Below, piece after piece: positions 11,961 to 22,313 of a DNA stretch of 64,000 nucleotides (within the stretch, counting starts at the first letter, position 1; each line of letters starts with the position of its first letter). The notes below the pieces were generated by a model that did not search any database, was not told the origin of the DNA, and worked only from the letters and a program-made list of their open reading frames with translations. The position numbers and the translations under genes were made by a program. Source of the DNA: Candidatus Omnitrophota bacterium (GTDB lineage Bacteria; Omnitrophota; Gorgyraeia; VGKH01). The stretch covers positions 346,850-410,849 of the forward strand of contig JAKLEP010000001.1 in assembly GCA_022703055.1 (NCBI GenBank), written 5' to 3'.

Positions 11961-13630
11961 AAATGACAGGTTCGCAAATTTTAATTGAGAGCCTGAAGCG
12001 AGAAGGCGTAGAGTTTATCTTCGGCTATCCCGGAGGCCAGGTTCTGCCTATTTTTGATAAGATTTACGATGCTCACTTTCTAAAGTTTATCCTAACACGG
12101 CACGAACAAGGTGCAGCTCATGCTGCCGATGGTTATGCGCGGGCAACCGGTAAAGTCGGAGTCTGTATGGCAACTTCTGGTCCAGGAGCTACGAATTTGA
12201 CGACAGGCATTGCCAACGCCTATATGGATTCGATTCCTATAGTGGCGATAACCGGCCAGGTAAAGACGTTTTTAATCGGTAATGACGCTTTTCAGGAAGC
12301 AGATGTGACAGGAATCACTCGTCCCATAACCAAACATAATTTCTTGGTTAAGGATATTAACGATTTGGCGCGCATTATTCGCGAAGCATTTTATATTGCT
12401 TCTACCGGTCGTCCTGGTCCTGTGTTGATCGATATCCCGTCTGATATCCAGATGCAAGAGGGGGAATTCATCTGGCCGGATAAGGTGGAGTTGCGCAGCT
12501 ATAAACCGACATATTTTGGCCATCCTGGTCAGATTAAGAAGGCCGCAAAACTTATTTCGCAGGCAAAAAAGCCGCTTCTTTATATCGGAGGCGGAGTCAT
12601 CACCAGCGGCGCGCATTTGGTTTTAAGGGAATTGGCAGAAAAGATTCAGGCTCCTGTAACCTGGACATTGATGGGTATTGGAGGATTTCCTGCTAATCAT
12701 AAACTTTCGCTAGGTATGCTTGGTATGCACGGCACTGGCTATGCGAATCATGCGATAATGAATGCCGATGTAATCATCGCCGTGGGCGCGCGCTTCGATG
12801 ACCGCGTTACTGGTAGGATAGATGCTTTTGCGCCGGGCGCAAAAGTTATTCATATCGATATCGACCCGGCTTCTATAAGTAAAAACATCAGAGTAGATAT
12901 CCCGATAGTGGGAGATGCGAAAAATATTCTTGGCGAATTATTGGAGCAGATTAAGAAAGCTCCTGATATAACAGAGTGGCATAAAGAGGTCGACGGTTTA
13001 AAGAAGAAATATCCTTTAAAATATAAGGATGACGGAAAAATCAAGCCTCAATACGTGGTCGAGCAGATTTATGAGGCAACCAAGGGCGATGCAGTTATTA
13101 CTACTGAAGTCGGCCAGAACCAGATGTGGGCTGCGCAGTGGTATAGATATGATCACCCGCGTACGTTTATTTCAAGCGGCGGACTCGGGACCATGGGCTT
13201 TGGTTTTCCTGCGGCAATGGGGGCCAAAGTCGGCCGTCCGGAAAAACAAGTTATTGATATTGCCGGTGATGGTTCAATCCAGATGAATATCCAAGAACTC
13301 GGTACTTGCGTTGCCAATAAGATAAATGTTAAAGTAGTGATTCTTAATAACGGATATTTAGGCATGGTGCGCCAATGGCAGGAGCTATTTTATAAGAAGC
13401 GTTATTCCCAGGTCAATATCACTTCGCCCGATTTCGTGAAGCTCGCGGATAGTTATGGTGCCTTAGGCATCAAAGTCACAAAAAAGGAAGATGTGCGTCC
13501 GGCGATTGAAAAGGCGCTATCAATAGATAACACAGTTTTTGTTGATGTGCAAGTCGAGCCGGAGGAAAATGTGTATCCGATGGTTCCGGCGGGTGAAGCG
13601 ATAAACAAATTGATAGAAGGTTTGGCATGA
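11957..13630 (+). CDS. ilvB: Acetolactate synthase large subunit
   Basis: ThDP enzyme motifs FGYPGG and [16 protein letters not shown]...GDGS. Start placed at ATG 11957 (ATGA overlap with the ilvD stop). The track start at 11867 lies inside ilvD. Confidence 0.9.
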   Translation: MKMTGSQILIESLKREGVEFIFGYPGGQVLPIFDKIYDAHFLKFILTRHEQGAAHAADGYARATGKVGVCMATSGPGATNLTTGIANAYMDSIPIVAITGQVKTFLIGNDAFQEADVTGITRPITKHNFLVKDINDLARIIREAFYIASTGRPGPVLIDIPSDIQMQEGEFIWPDKVELRSYKPTYFGHPGQIKKAAKLISQAKKPLLYIGGGVITSGAHLVLRELAEKIQAPVTWTLMGIGGFPANHKLSLGMLGMHGTGYANHAIMNADVIIAVGARFDDRVTGRIDAFAPGAKVIHIDIDPASISKNIRVDIPIVGDAKNILGELLEQIKKAPDITEWHKEVDGLKKKYPLKYKDDGKIKPQYVVEQIYEATKGDAVITTEVGQNQMWAAQWYRYDHPRTFISSGGLGTMGFGFPAAMGAKVGRPEKQVIDIAGDGSIQMNIQELGTCVANKINVKVVILNNGYLGMVRQWQELFYKKRYSQVNITSPDFVKLADSYGALGIKVTKKEDVRPAIEKALSIDNTVFVDVQVEPEENVYPMVPAGEAINKLIEGLA

Positions 13631-14100
13631 GACATACGATATCGGTGTTGGTTGAGAATAAATTCGGAGTCCTGGCGCGTATCGCAGGTTTATTTAGCGC
13701 GCGCGGCTACAATATTGCGTCGTTGGCGGTCAGTGAGACGATGGATCCAGCTATCTCCTACATGACGATCGTGGTTGAGGTAAAAGATGAAAAGATATTG
13801 GAGCAGATAAAAAAACAGCTGAATAAACTTATTGACGTTGTCACCATTACCGATTTTACCAAGAAGGAACATATCGATAGAGAGCTTGTTTTGGTGAAAG
13901 TCGATTATTCTTCTAAAGACAAAGCAAGGTTAGAAAATATACTAAGTAAACATGTGGCTAAGTTGATCCAGCATAAATCCGATGTGGCGATTATCGAGGC
14001 AGTCGGAGAACAGGCCCAGATTAAACAGCTATTAGATGACTTAAATAAATTCGGAATAAAGGAATTGGTCAGAACCGGCAGAATTGCCATAACGAAATAG
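13627..14100 (+). CDS. ilvH: Acetolactate synthase small (regulatory) subunit
   Basis: 157 aa. ACT-domain N-terminus [28 protein letters not shown]. Confidence 0.9.
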   Translation: MRHTISVLVENKFGVLARIAGLFSARGYNIASLAVSETMDPAISYMTIVVEVKDEKILEQIKKQLNKLIDVVTITDFTKKEHIDRELVLVKVDYSSKDKARLENILSKHVAKLIQHKSDVAIIEAVGEQAQIKQLLDDLNKFGIKELVRTGRIAITK

Positions 14101-14113
14101 AAAGGGAGATGAA

Positions 14114-15106
14114 ATGGCGAAGATTTATTACGACAAAGATGCGGATTTGGATTTATTAAAAGATAAGACAGTGGCTATTATCGGCTACGGGATTCAGGGC
14201 CGAGGCCAGAGCCTATGTTTAAAGGACAGCGGCGTAAAGGTAGTCGTTTCCGAGATCGAAGGCACGCCGAATTTTGAACAGGCAAAGAAAGATGGCTTTA
14301 ATCCGGTTTCCGCAAAAGAGGCAGCCGAACAGGCAGACATTATCCAGATTTTGACCCAGGATCATGTCCAGGCGCAGGTTTATAAGGAATCAATTAAACC
14401 TTACCTAAAGAAAGGCAAGGCGCTTTGTTTTTCCCACGGATTCAATATCCGTTTTAAGCAGATAAAACCGCCGGCCAAAGTTGATGTATTTATGATTGCG
14501 CCTAAAGGCCCCGGAGCATTGGTAAGAAGAATGTATGAAGAGGGAAAAGGTGTTCCGTCGCTGGTAGCGATATTTCAGGATGCATCAGGCAACGCACTAA
14601 AATTAGCCTTAGCTTACGCCAAGGGAATCGGTGCCACACGCGCTGGCGTCATCGAGACGACTTTTGACGAAGAAACCGAGACCGATCTTTTCGGCGAGCA
14701 GGCAGTGCTTTGCGGCGGAGTAACTGAGTTGATTAAAGCGGGATTTGATACTTTAATCGAAGCCGGATATCAGCCCGAGATTGCCTATTTTGAAGTTTTG
14801 CATGAATTAAAACTCATTACCGATTTAATTCAAGAGACCGGGATTTCCGGAATGCGCAGGCGCGTTTCTAACACCGCTTGCTATGGCGATTTAACCCGCG
14901 GGCCAAAAATCATTACACAAAAAACCCGCAAAGTCATGCAGAAAATACTTAAAGACATTAAATCGGGAAAGTTTGCCCGCGAATGGATCAAAGAAAACGA
15001 AGCTGGAAGGCCGAATTTCAATAGCTTGCTTAAACAAGGCGACGAACATAAGATAGAACAGGTGGGAAAGCAGCTTCGCGAAATGATGCCATGGATGAAA
15101 AAGTAG
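14114..15106 (+). CDS. ilvC: Ketol-acid reductoisomerase
   Basis: 330 aa. NADP site [19 protein letters not shown]. Conserved C-terminal knotted domain. Confidence 0.95.
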   Translation: MAKIYYDKDADLDLLKDKTVAIIGYGIQGRGQSLCLKDSGVKVVVSEIEGTPNFEQAKKDGFNPVSAKEAAEQADIIQILTQDHVQAQVYKESIKPYLKKGKALCFSHGFNIRFKQIKPPAKVDVFMIAPKGPGALVRRMYEEGKGVPSLVAIFQDASGNALKLALAYAKGIGATRAGVIETTFDEETETDLFGEQAVLCGGVTELIKAGFDTLIEAGYQPEIAYFEVLHELKLITDLIQETGISGMRRRVSNTACYGDLTRGPKIITQKTRKVMQKILKDIKSGKFAREWIKENEAGRPNFNSLLKQGDEHKIEQVGKQLREMMPWMKK

Positions 15107-15312
15107 CATTCGAGGCAGTTTATACTACTTTTAATCAAGGCAGATTAGCGTTAATAAAGTCTTTATTTGATAGTGAAGGTATTTTTTATTATGTGGCTAA
15201 CGAGGATGCAGCAAGCGCAGCCTTTGGTGCGGTAAACGGTACGATGACTTTTATGGTTGCTAAGGATCAGGTCGATTTAGCCAAAGATTTATTAAAGGAA
15301 TTAAGTGAATAA
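15091..15312 (+). CDS. Small DUF2007-like (putative signal-transducing) protein
   Basis: 73 aa. Size and the pattern (alternating hydrophobics, EGI..Y..NED) resemble the DUF2007 family. Overlaps the ilvC end by 16 nt. Confidence 0.4.
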   Translation: MDEKVAFEAVYTTFNQGRLALIKSLFDSEGIFYYVANEDAASAAFGAVNGTMTFMVAKDQVDLAKDLLKELSE

Positions 15313-15314
15313 CA

Positions 15315-16847
15315 ATGGATAAAATAATTATTTTTGATACGACACTGCGCGACGGAGAACAGGCACCAGGGGCGAGTCTTAACGCCAAAGAGAAGCTTGA
15401 AATTGCTCGTCAACTGGTTAGGCTGGGCGCGGATGTTATCGAGGCGGGATTTCCTATTTCTTCACCAGGAGATTTTGCTTCGGTAAAAGAAATCGCCACC
15501 AAAATAAAAGGCGCGGCTATCTGTGGCTTGGCTCGGGCAATCAAAAAAGATATTGATGCTGCCTATAATGCAATAAAACCTGCAAAGTCAGGTAGAATCC
15601 ATGTATTTCTGGCTACTTCAAAGATTCACATGCAGTATAAACTCAAAAAAGCCGAGGGTGAAATTCTGCGTCTGACCGAGGAAATGGTCAAATACGCCAG
15701 AAAGAGAATGGGCGATATCCAATTTTCTCCCGAGGATGCTTCGCGCACCGAGAAAGATTTTCTCTACAAGGTTATTGAGACTGCCATTAATTCCGGCGCT
15801 ACCACCATCAACATTCCCGACACTGTCGGATATGCAGAGCCGGAAGAATTTGGTGTTTTGATTAATGATATTATGAATAATGTCCCGAATGTCAATAAGG
15901 CCGTTATTGCCGTACATTGCCATAACGATTTGGGTCTAGCGGTTGCCAATTCACTGGCAGCGGTGAGAAACGGCGCGCGCCAGGTTGAATGTACGATCAA
16001 CGGAATTGGCGAACGTGCCGGCAATGCCTCGATGGAAGAAATCGTCATGGCCATAAAAACGCGGCGGGATTTGTTTAGCAATGTAAGCACCGCCATCAAT
16101 ACCAAAGAGATTTATAAAGCCAGCCGCATGGTCAGCAAGCTCACCGGTTTTGTGGTGGCGCCCAATAAAGCCATCGTCGGAGGGAACGCCTTCAGGCATG
16201 AATCAGGAATCCATCAGGATGGTGTTTTGAAAAAAAGGACCACCTATGAGATAATCGATCCTAATGACGTCGGTTTTACCGGCGAAGGACTGGTTTTGGG
16301 CAAACATTCCGGCCGTCACGCTTTTAAACAAAGACTGGAAACGCTGGGTATAAAACTTAATGACATTGAACTTGATAAAGCATTTAGCCGGTTTAAAGTC
16401 CTAGCTGATAAAAAGAAAACTGTCTACGACGAGGATTTGATTTCGATTGTCGAGGATGAATTTAGAAAAGTCTCGGAAATATGGCAATTGGATTCTCTTC
16501 AGATTTCCAGCGGTACCAATATAACTCCCAAGGCTTGCGTGAAATTGAAATCCAAGGGTAAATTTTTTGTTTCGTCTTCTTCCGGAGACGGCCCGGTTGA
16601 TGCCTGCTACAAAGCCATTGATAAGATTACCAAGGTTAAGGGAGAGCTTTTGGATTATTCTATCCAGGCAGTTACCCGCGGTAAAGACGCATTGGGCGAG
16701 GTCAGTATCAAAATCCGCGCCAAAAACCAAGAAGTAGCTGGACGCGGAGCAAGCACCGATATTCTCGAGGCTTCAGCCAAGGCATATCTTAACGCCATAA
16801 ACAGAGTCCTATCTAAAAGTTCAAAATCTACAGGTTTAACTCTCTAA
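15315..16847 (+). CDS. leuA: 2-isopropylmalate synthase (long form with a LeuA regulatory domain)
   Basis: 510 aa. Motifs IFDTTLRDGEQAPG, HCHNDLGLAVAN, GERAGNA. Confidence 0.9.
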   Translation: MDKIIIFDTTLRDGEQAPGASLNAKEKLEIARQLVRLGADVIEAGFPISSPGDFASVKEIATKIKGAAICGLARAIKKDIDAAYNAIKPAKSGRIHVFLATSKIHMQYKLKKAEGEILRLTEEMVKYARKRMGDIQFSPEDASRTEKDFLYKVIETAINSGATTINIPDTVGYAEPEEFGVLINDIMNNVPNVNKAVIAVHCHNDLGLAVANSLAAVRNGARQVECTINGIGERAGNASMEEIVMAIKTRRDLFSNVSTAINTKEIYKASRMVSKLTGFVVAPNKAIVGGNAFRHESGIHQDGVLKKRTTYEIIDPNDVGFTGEGLVLGKHSGRHAFKQRLETLGIKLNDIELDKAFSRFKVLADKKKTVYDEDLISIVEDEFRKVSEIWQLDSLQISSGTNITPKACVKLKSKGKFFVSSSSGDGPVDACYKAIDKITKVKGELLDYSIQAVTRGKDALGEVSIKIRAKNQEVAGRGASTDILEASAKAYLNAINRVLSKSSKSTGLTL

Positions 16848-17680
16848 TGAAAAAGATTTACGGGATAGTTGGATATCCGGTTAAGCACAGCCTTTCGCCG
16901 GCGATGCATAATGCTGCATTTAAGGCTTTAGGCATTGATGCAGAATACAAACTCTTCGAGGTAAAACCTGAGGAATTAAAATCTTTCTTAAAAGATCTAG
17001 GGAAGAATAGTATTCAGGGTTTAAATGTCACTATCCCTCATAAAGAGAACGTATTTGAATTTGTCTCTCTTGATTCGGATAATTCCTACTTAAAACAAAT
17101 CGGCGCTATAAATACCATTGTTAATAAAAATGGAAAATGGTTTGGGTATAACACCGATATACCGGGTTTTGCCAAGCATTTGAAAGAGAACTTTGATCCG
17201 GCGAATAAAAAAGTCGCAATTGTGGGAGCTGGCGGAGCAGCAAGGGCGGTAAGCTTCGCCTTGGTGAAATCCGCAGCTAAGGAGATATCCATTTTCGACA
17301 TTGATAAAAGTAAATCAGAAAATATCAGTAAGATGATAAAAAGTTTAGAGGCTGATTTTCCTATTTATGTCGCCAAAAGTATTGAGGATTTGAAAATCAA
17401 TAATAAAGATCTGCTTATCAATGCTACTCCCCTTGGATTGAAACCTGCGGATAATCTTCCGGTAGAAGAAAAGATGCTACGCAGAGATTTATTTGTTTAC
17501 GATTTGATTTATAACCCAGCCGAGACGCAATTATTGAAACTTGCCAGAAAAGTTGGCGCTAAGACTTCCAATGGCCTTGGCATGCTTTTGTATCAGGGGA
17601 TGCAGTCATTTGAAATCTGGACGGGGAGCTTTGCGCCAAAAGAGGTAATGCAAAAAGCCCTATTGGAAGCATTGCAATAA
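16847..17680 (+). CDS. aroE: Shikimate dehydrogenase
   Basis: 277 aa. Motifs GYPVKHSLSPAMHN, NVTIPHK, VGAGGAARAV. Confidence 0.9.
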   Translation: MKKIYGIVGYPVKHSLSPAMHNAAFKALGIDAEYKLFEVKPEELKSFLKDLGKNSIQGLNVTIPHKENVFEFVSLDSDNSYLKQIGAINTIVNKNGKWFGYNTDIPGFAKHLKENFDPANKKVAIVGAGGAARAVSFALVKSAAKEISIFDIDKSKSENISKMIKSLEADFPIYVAKSIEDLKINNKDLLINATPLGLKPADNLPVEEKMLRRDLFVYDLIYNPAETQLLKLARKVGAKTSNGLGMLLYQGMQSFEIWTGSFAPKEVMQKALLEALQ

Positions 17681-17682
17681 CC

Positions 17683-18414
17683 ATGGAAAAAAGAGAAAGA
17701 TTAGAAGAAGAATTTGAATTAGAGGATGAATCAGAGGCTTTTGCCGAATACGATTTTATAACTTCGTTTATTGCGGTGAATTATTCTCTTATGGCCGATG
17801 AATTAGCCAAGCTGGGTAATTTCGAAGAGGGTGTTGCTGTTGATTTAGCCAGCGGCTTGGGAGATTTGGCCATTGAGGTTGCTAAAAGATATCCCAAGTT
17901 AAGAATTACTGGAGTTGATATTTCCGGCAAGGCAGTTCAGAAGGCAGGCGAGAGAGCGAAAAAAGAAGAATTGGATAATTTAGATTTTGAAGTCGGCGAT
18001 GTGCATAAACTTTCCCAAAAAGATAATTCCGTAGATTTGGTAGTCAGCCACGGCGGGATTCATCATTGGAAGGATGTATCGCGCGCCTTCTCAGAGCTTT
18101 ATCGTGTAATGAAGCCCGGAGCCTTAGCATATTTATCGGATTTAAGAAGGGATGCGCCGGATGAAATCATCAAAGAGATCGAGCAAAATTTACCGCCAGT
18201 CCAGGCAAAAGGATTCATCAATTCTATTCGCGCCGCCTACCTTCCCGATGAATTAAGGAAGATTTTAGAGACTGTTGGTATCAAAAATCCTTCCATAACC
18301 GACCAGACATTCTCCCGGGAAACCATCATGAAAAATAAAGAGCTCCTTCGTAAAAGCGCAATGAGGAGCGCAAATTTTTCTAAATTATCACAAATTGTAA
18401 TCATCAGAAAATAG
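17683..18414 (+). CDS. Class I SAM-dependent methyltransferase
   Basis: 243 aa. Motif I VDLASGLGDLAIE and post-I GVDIS. Substrate unknown. Confidence 0.7.
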   Translation: MEKRERLEEEFELEDESEAFAEYDFITSFIAVNYSLMADELAKLGNFEEGVAVDLASGLGDLAIEVAKRYPKLRITGVDISGKAVQKAGERAKKEELDNLDFEVGDVHKLSQKDNSVDLVVSHGGIHHWKDVSRAFSELYRVMKPGALAYLSDLRRDAPDEIIKEIEQNLPPVQAKGFINSIRAAYLPDELRKILETVGIKNPSITDQTFSRETIMKNKELLRKSAMRSANFSKLSQIVIIRK

Positions 18415-18457
18415 CCTACCGAGGATTAATTCTAGCCTTTAGCACAATAAGATAAGA

Positions 18458-18976
18458 TTATTTGCAGGAATCTAGTTTATCGAGGACAAAGCGGGTGGGT
18501 CTTCGGATAAATTCAGCGCGGAATTTTAGATTTTCGATATTATAAAAATCCACAATAAGCCTGAAATTAGCGCTGGAAAGATGCGGCAGGATTCCTTCGG
18601 GCGTGCGGACAGTTCCTTCCTGGCCTTGATGGATGGCGGAAAAATTCAATTTGATTCTTTCGTTGGGCCTCAAGATTTCTACCGGTTCAAATTTCAAGGT
18701 AAAACGCATCATAAAGCCAAAATCCAAGATGTCCACATCGGTATCTTGGATGCTGATTTCTTTAGCCATCATAGTGCTTTCGTTTTTTATGAATAGACCC
18801 AAGTCTTTTAAGTCTAAATCAAGCATTAATTCTGGCACTAGGCGTTTATGGATTTCTTGGATAAGGGATTTCTTTAGCCTGCGAATCTGTAGCAATGCGA
18901 TTACAAGAATTGCCAGCGTAATAAAAATCAGCCAATCTTTAAATGAGATTCTTGATAATAGATCTAATATATTCAT
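18458..18976 (-). CDS. Hypothetical membrane-anchored protein
   Basis: 172 aa. Single N-terminal TM (WLIFITLAILVIALLQI). No recognisable domain. Confidence 0.5.
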   Translation of the reverse strand: MNILDLLSRISFKDWLIFITLAILVIALLQIRRLKKSLIQEIHKRLVPELMLDLDLKDLGLFIKNESTMMAKEISIQDTDVDILDFGFMMRFTLKFEPVEILRPNERIKLNFSAIHQGQEGTVRTPEGILPHLSSANFRLIVDFYNIENLKFRAEFIRRPTRFVLDKLDSCK

Positions 18977-19056
18977 AACTGGGTTCTATTATAGCATAAT
19001 TCTTGGATAACGTTATAATTTTTTAGTATAGGATACGGTGAGTAAATTGGAAGGTG

Positions 19057-19905
19057 TTAGCGCTCTAGTTCGCAATCTTTGGCATATTTAATGATTATGA
19101 CTCTATCAACCGGGTCCAGCTGGACAAACACAGCTCCGATTTCATAGCGTTTCTTGTTTTCAATTTCCTGTACGCGTACAACTTTCACCACCGAGGCTAT
19201 CGGCCTTGCTGATACACTTTTGGGAAGATCTATTTCAAAAGTAAGGTAGGAGTTTAGTGGCAGCTCATTAGCTGAATAAAAACACACGCCACCGGCGCTA
19301 ATATCCTTGGTTTCTTTCTTTACGTAAGTGTCTTGATGGGCAAAATGGACATCAAGGTTTGCCTTGAATCGGAAGAACCGTCTTCTTTCTAAACCCTTAT
19401 AAATTTTTACATCGATTATGTTCGGTTCGATGTCATTGCTTAGTTCTTCGGATATGCGTATTCCATAATATGTCTCAAGAGCATTTTTAATATCTGATAT
19501 TGTGGCGATAAAAACCTGGACTTCGCATCCAGTGGCTAATTTCACCGCCTGGAGAGCTTCGTAGTTTAAGGGATTGACCATGGCGATAGTGATAAGCGAG
19601 CCGATTTTATCTATCGGTATAAGGCAAAATTTCTCAGAGATAGATGCAGGAACCAAATTGATTATTTTTTTATCTATTGTGAAGCTGGAGATATCGATAT
19701 AAGGAAAGCCGTATTGTCTGCAGATACAGAGGACTATATCTTTTTCCGAAACATAGCCGTGTTTGACCAGATAGTCGCCGATAAAACCGCCGTATTGTTT
19801 CTGGTAGCCAAGAGCCTCTTTTAATAATTCTCTATTTATGAGTCCTTGTTCCAGAAGCAGCTCGCCGATTTTCTTCCTGGTAGATAACTTTGAATCTGTA
19901 ACCAT
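19057..19905 (-). CDS. MshEN/T2SSE_N domain + PilZ domain protein (predicted dual c-di-GMP receptor, no ATPase domain)
   Basis: Two tandem 24-residue MshEN-type motifs (KIGELLLEQGLINRELLKEALGYQ and FIGDYLVKHGYVSEKDIVLCICRQ) separated by the 5-residue spacer KQYGG. C-terminal PilZ motifs RRFFR and DISAGG. Start moved to ATG 19905 (SD AGAGG). The track's GTG at 19947 sits inside the leader hairpin. Confidence 0.8.
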   Translation of the reverse strand: MVTDSKLSTRKKIGELLLEQGLINRELLKEALGYQKQYGGFIGDYLVKHGYVSEKDIVLCICRQYGFPYIDISSFTIDKKIINLVPASISEKFCLIPIDKIGSLITIAMVNPLNYEALQAVKLATGCEVQVFIATISDIKNALETYYGIRISEELSNDIEPNIIDVKIYKGLERRRFFRFKANLDVHFAHQDTYVKKETKDISAGGVCFYSANELPLNSYLTFEIDLPKSVSARPIASVVKVVRVQEIENKKRYEIGAVFVQLDPVDRVIIIKYAKDCELER

Positions 19906-19937
19906 TTTGCTACCTCTATGAATTATATAATATAAAT

Positions 19938-19967
19938 GCCGAGCCACCTTTATTTCGGTAGCTCGGC
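19938..19967 (-). terminator. Candidate riboswitch expression-platform terminator hairpin
   Basis: Minus-strand GCCGAGCTACC-GAAATAAA-GGTGGCTCGGC forms an 11 bp stem including one G-U. It is followed by the A/U-rich ATTTATATTATATAATT, between the aptamer and the SD. Confidence 0.5.
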
Positions 19968-20000
19968 TGTCAAATTGGCTTTATGAGTTCTGCCCTTACG

Positions 20001-20103
20001 TTATCGGTGCGCCCGGCGATCGATTTCGGCCTTGCTCTTTTAAAGCCTTTAGACCCGTGGCTTTGCGTCTTCGTCTTTCGGCGAATTTGCCTTTTCGGAT
20101 AAG
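20001..20103 (-). promoter_or_regulatory. c-di-GMP-I (GEMM-I) riboswitch aptamer
   Basis: Minus-strand TTATCCG-AAAA-GGCAAA-TTCGCC-GAAA-GACGAA-GACGCAAAGCC-ACGGGTCTAAAGGC...GCCGGGCGCACCGATAA. It has the conserved GGCAAA, a GNRA-capped helix, GACGCAAAGCC, a CUAAA receptor-like bulge, and a closing P1 (TTATCCG/CCGATAA). Confidence 0.8.
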
Positions 20104-20212
20104 GGTTTATTCTTATTCCATTTAAAGTATATATCAAAAAGAGGATTTTTAAAGGTCTTGTACGCAGACTTCGGGAAGCGTTTTCTTGTGAAAATCTGCG
20201 ATATTTTATCCC

Positions 20213-20242
20213 TTGCCAAAATAGGCATAATAGAGGTAAAAT
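20213..20242 (+). promoter_or_regulatory. Possible sigma70-type promoter for the 20276 gene
   Basis: TTGCCA, 18 nt spacer, TAAAAT, about 35 nt upstream of ATG. Confidence 0.3.
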
Positions 20243-20275
20243 AATTAAGCTTAAAATAGAAAAGGAGGAGCGCTC

Positions 20276-21235
20276 ATGAAAAAAATATTAATTATAGTAG
20301 GATTGATCATTGTTTTTATTGTCGGTTTTTCTATTGTTAGAGACCAGCTTATCAAAACTACCATATCAATTGTTGGTTCGAGCGTCCTAGGCGCAAGAAT
20401 AGAGGTGGGCGGTTTTTCTTTAGGATTAATGACGCAATCCGCCAAAATTAGTAATTTTAGAATTTATAATCCCGCGGGTTTTCCTCAGGGGATACTTTTA
20501 GACATGCCTAAAATCAGCGTGGACCTTGATATTCTTTCTATGCTGAAGGGAAAATTGCACATACAAAGCGCGGTTGTTGATTTGAAGGAAGTAGATATCG
20601 TAACCAATAAAGATGGGGTGTTAAACGTTGATTCCCTTAAGGTTGCTCAGCAGGACAAAAAGACAGATAAAACTAAAGCGCAGAAACCGGCTAAAGCCAT
20701 GCCTATGCAAATTGATACCATGACCTTAAGTATCGGCAGTGTGGTCGTCAAGGATTATAGCAAAGAGGGAGAGCCAAGTATTCAGGTATATGATGTCGGG
20801 ATAAAAGACAAAACCTATAAAAATATAACCAGCGCCCAGCAATTCATTGTTTTAGTTTTGACTGAAGCAATGAAGCCGACGGCAATAAGAAGCGCGGGAA
20901 TTTACGGAGCCGCAACTATACTAGGCGTGGCATTTTTGCCGGCAGGTGTAGCAGGGGTCTTAACCGCCAAAGACTATTCCCAATTCGACTTTAATGTTAA
21001 TGCGGATAAAGCTTACAATGTCAGTTTAGATGTTTTAAAACAGATGGGCGTGGTTAAAAGCGAAGACAAGGCAGCCAGAGTCATTAAAGGTAAGATAGAC
21101 AAGAACGACATCACTATTAAAATCGAACAGAAGGAAAAGGTATCACAGGTAACTGTCTCAGCGAGAAAGTTTATGCTTCCCCAGGCTCAAATAGCGGCCG
21201 GGGTAATGTATAAGATTTCTGAGAGATTAAAATAG
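20276..21235 (+). CDS. Hypothetical envelope protein (AsmA-like N-terminal region)
   Basis: 319 aa. N-terminal TM. Beta-rich N-terminal region resembles AsmA/DUF748-type proteins. Strong SD AAAGGAGGAG. Confidence 0.4.
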   Translation: MKKILIIVGLIIVFIVGFSIVRDQLIKTTISIVGSSVLGARIEVGGFSLGLMTQSAKISNFRIYNPAGFPQGILLDMPKISVDLDILSMLKGKLHIQSAVVDLKEVDIVTNKDGVLNVDSLKVAQQDKKTDKTKAQKPAKAMPMQIDTMTLSIGSVVVKDYSKEGEPSIQVYDVGIKDKTYKNITSAQQFIVLVLTEAMKPTAIRSAGIYGAATILGVAFLPAGVAGVLTAKDYSQFDFNVNADKAYNVSLDVLKQMGVVKSEDKAARVIKGKIDKNDITIKIEQKEKVSQVTVSARKFMLPQAQIAAGVMYKISERLK

Positions 21236-21240
21236 CCGAT

Positions 21241-21915
21241 ATGAAAAGAACTATATCCGTCGCCATACTTATTGTCTGTGTTATCGCCGCGGTCTCTGTT
21301 TTTCAATTTACCGTTCGTTATATCAAAGAAAACAAAATACTAAAAGAGGTGATATCGCGCCTGGAGGCTGATTCGCGTATCGCCGAAGCGCTAGTCACTA
21401 ACGTATATTTTGATGAAACTTCCAAGAAGACACATACCACCATCAAATTCCTGGAATACGACTCTAAAGGCAGTCCGCTTACGCCAATGTATTTTACTTT
21501 CCCTGGTAATATCATCCAATTCGAATCGCTAGTTATCCGTTTTGACGATATTTATATAAGAAACAAAGATGCAATGAAGGGCAAGAGCGCCTATCTTTTT
21601 TGGAAAGTCTTTATGCTCGACGGGAAAAACACGATGGAGTATGATATTACCAAATTGAATGAAATCCCCGCTGGCTATAAAATTCAAGGCAAAGACGAGC
21701 CTTTCGAAAAGAGTCTCTGGGCCAAATTCTGGTCATATGCGTTAAATCCCAAGGAGGCCAAGAAGATTGGCATAAAGAACGCCCAGATAGAAGCTCCCGG
21801 GACCATGTTTATCCCCGGAACGCTTTATACCATTAAGATAGAGCATGACGGCGGGATACGCATTGATGCCGCGCCCTTGCCTGAAATTATTAAGGGAGAA
21901 AAAATCCCGGAGTGA
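21241..21915 (+). CDS. Hypothetical membrane-anchored protein
   Basis: 224 aa. N-terminal TM/signal anchor. No recognised motifs. Confidence 0.5.
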   Translation: MKRTISVAILIVCVIAAVSVFQFTVRYIKENKILKEVISRLEADSRIAEALVTNVYFDETSKKTHTTIKFLEYDSKGSPLTPMYFTFPGNIIQFESLVIRFDDIYIRNKDAMKGKSAYLFWKVFMLDGKNTMEYDITKLNEIPAGYKIQGKDEPFEKSLWAKFWSYALNPKEAKKIGIKNAQIEAPGTMFIPGTLYTIKIEHDGGIRIDAAPLPEIIKGEKIPE

Positions 21916-21939
21916 TATTCAAAGAAAGGACTCCCAGGT

Positions 21940-22296
21940 ATGAATTTTAATAAGAACCAGATAATAGTTGTTTGCATAGCCTTGGCTTTAACTTACATCT
22001 TTTTTCTTATGTCTAAAGATGTCATGCGAAATTATGATAAGGAAAAGATTGATCTATTAAGAAAAGAGTATATAGACCAGAGATTGGAAGACTATAAATA
22101 TCAGATTATGCCAAAATACAAGGACTATGAGTTTAAGGCCGAGGCAGAGATGAAGTATCCTTATGGGGAGGATTTTCCAGCGACGAGCCTCCTATTCTTT
22201 AAATTTAAAGGCGAATACTACAAATTCAAATTCTTGATTAGTTTTTTCTGTTTGGCAACTGCAGGTCTAATTATTTATAATTTAAGGGAGAAATAA
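21940..22296 (+). CDS. Hypothetical membrane protein
   Basis: 118 aa. TM helices at both the N and C termini. Confidence 0.45.
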   Translation: MNFNKNQIIVVCIALALTYIFFLMSKDVMRNYDKEKIDLLRKEYIDQRLEDYKYQIMPKYKDYEFKAEAEMKYPYGEDFPATSLLFFKFKGEYYKFKFLISFFCLATAGLIIYNLREK

Positions 22297-22313
22297 AGTT
22301 GTAAGAAGGAGAG

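Noticed and set aside
20001-20103. Possibility that the GEMM-I aptamer is a cGAMP-selective (GEMM-Ib) variant
   Set aside because: In my alignment to Vc2 the G20-equivalent position in AAAAGGCAAA is G, not A, which favours c-di-GMP. This depends on the alignment register and needs experimental confirmation.
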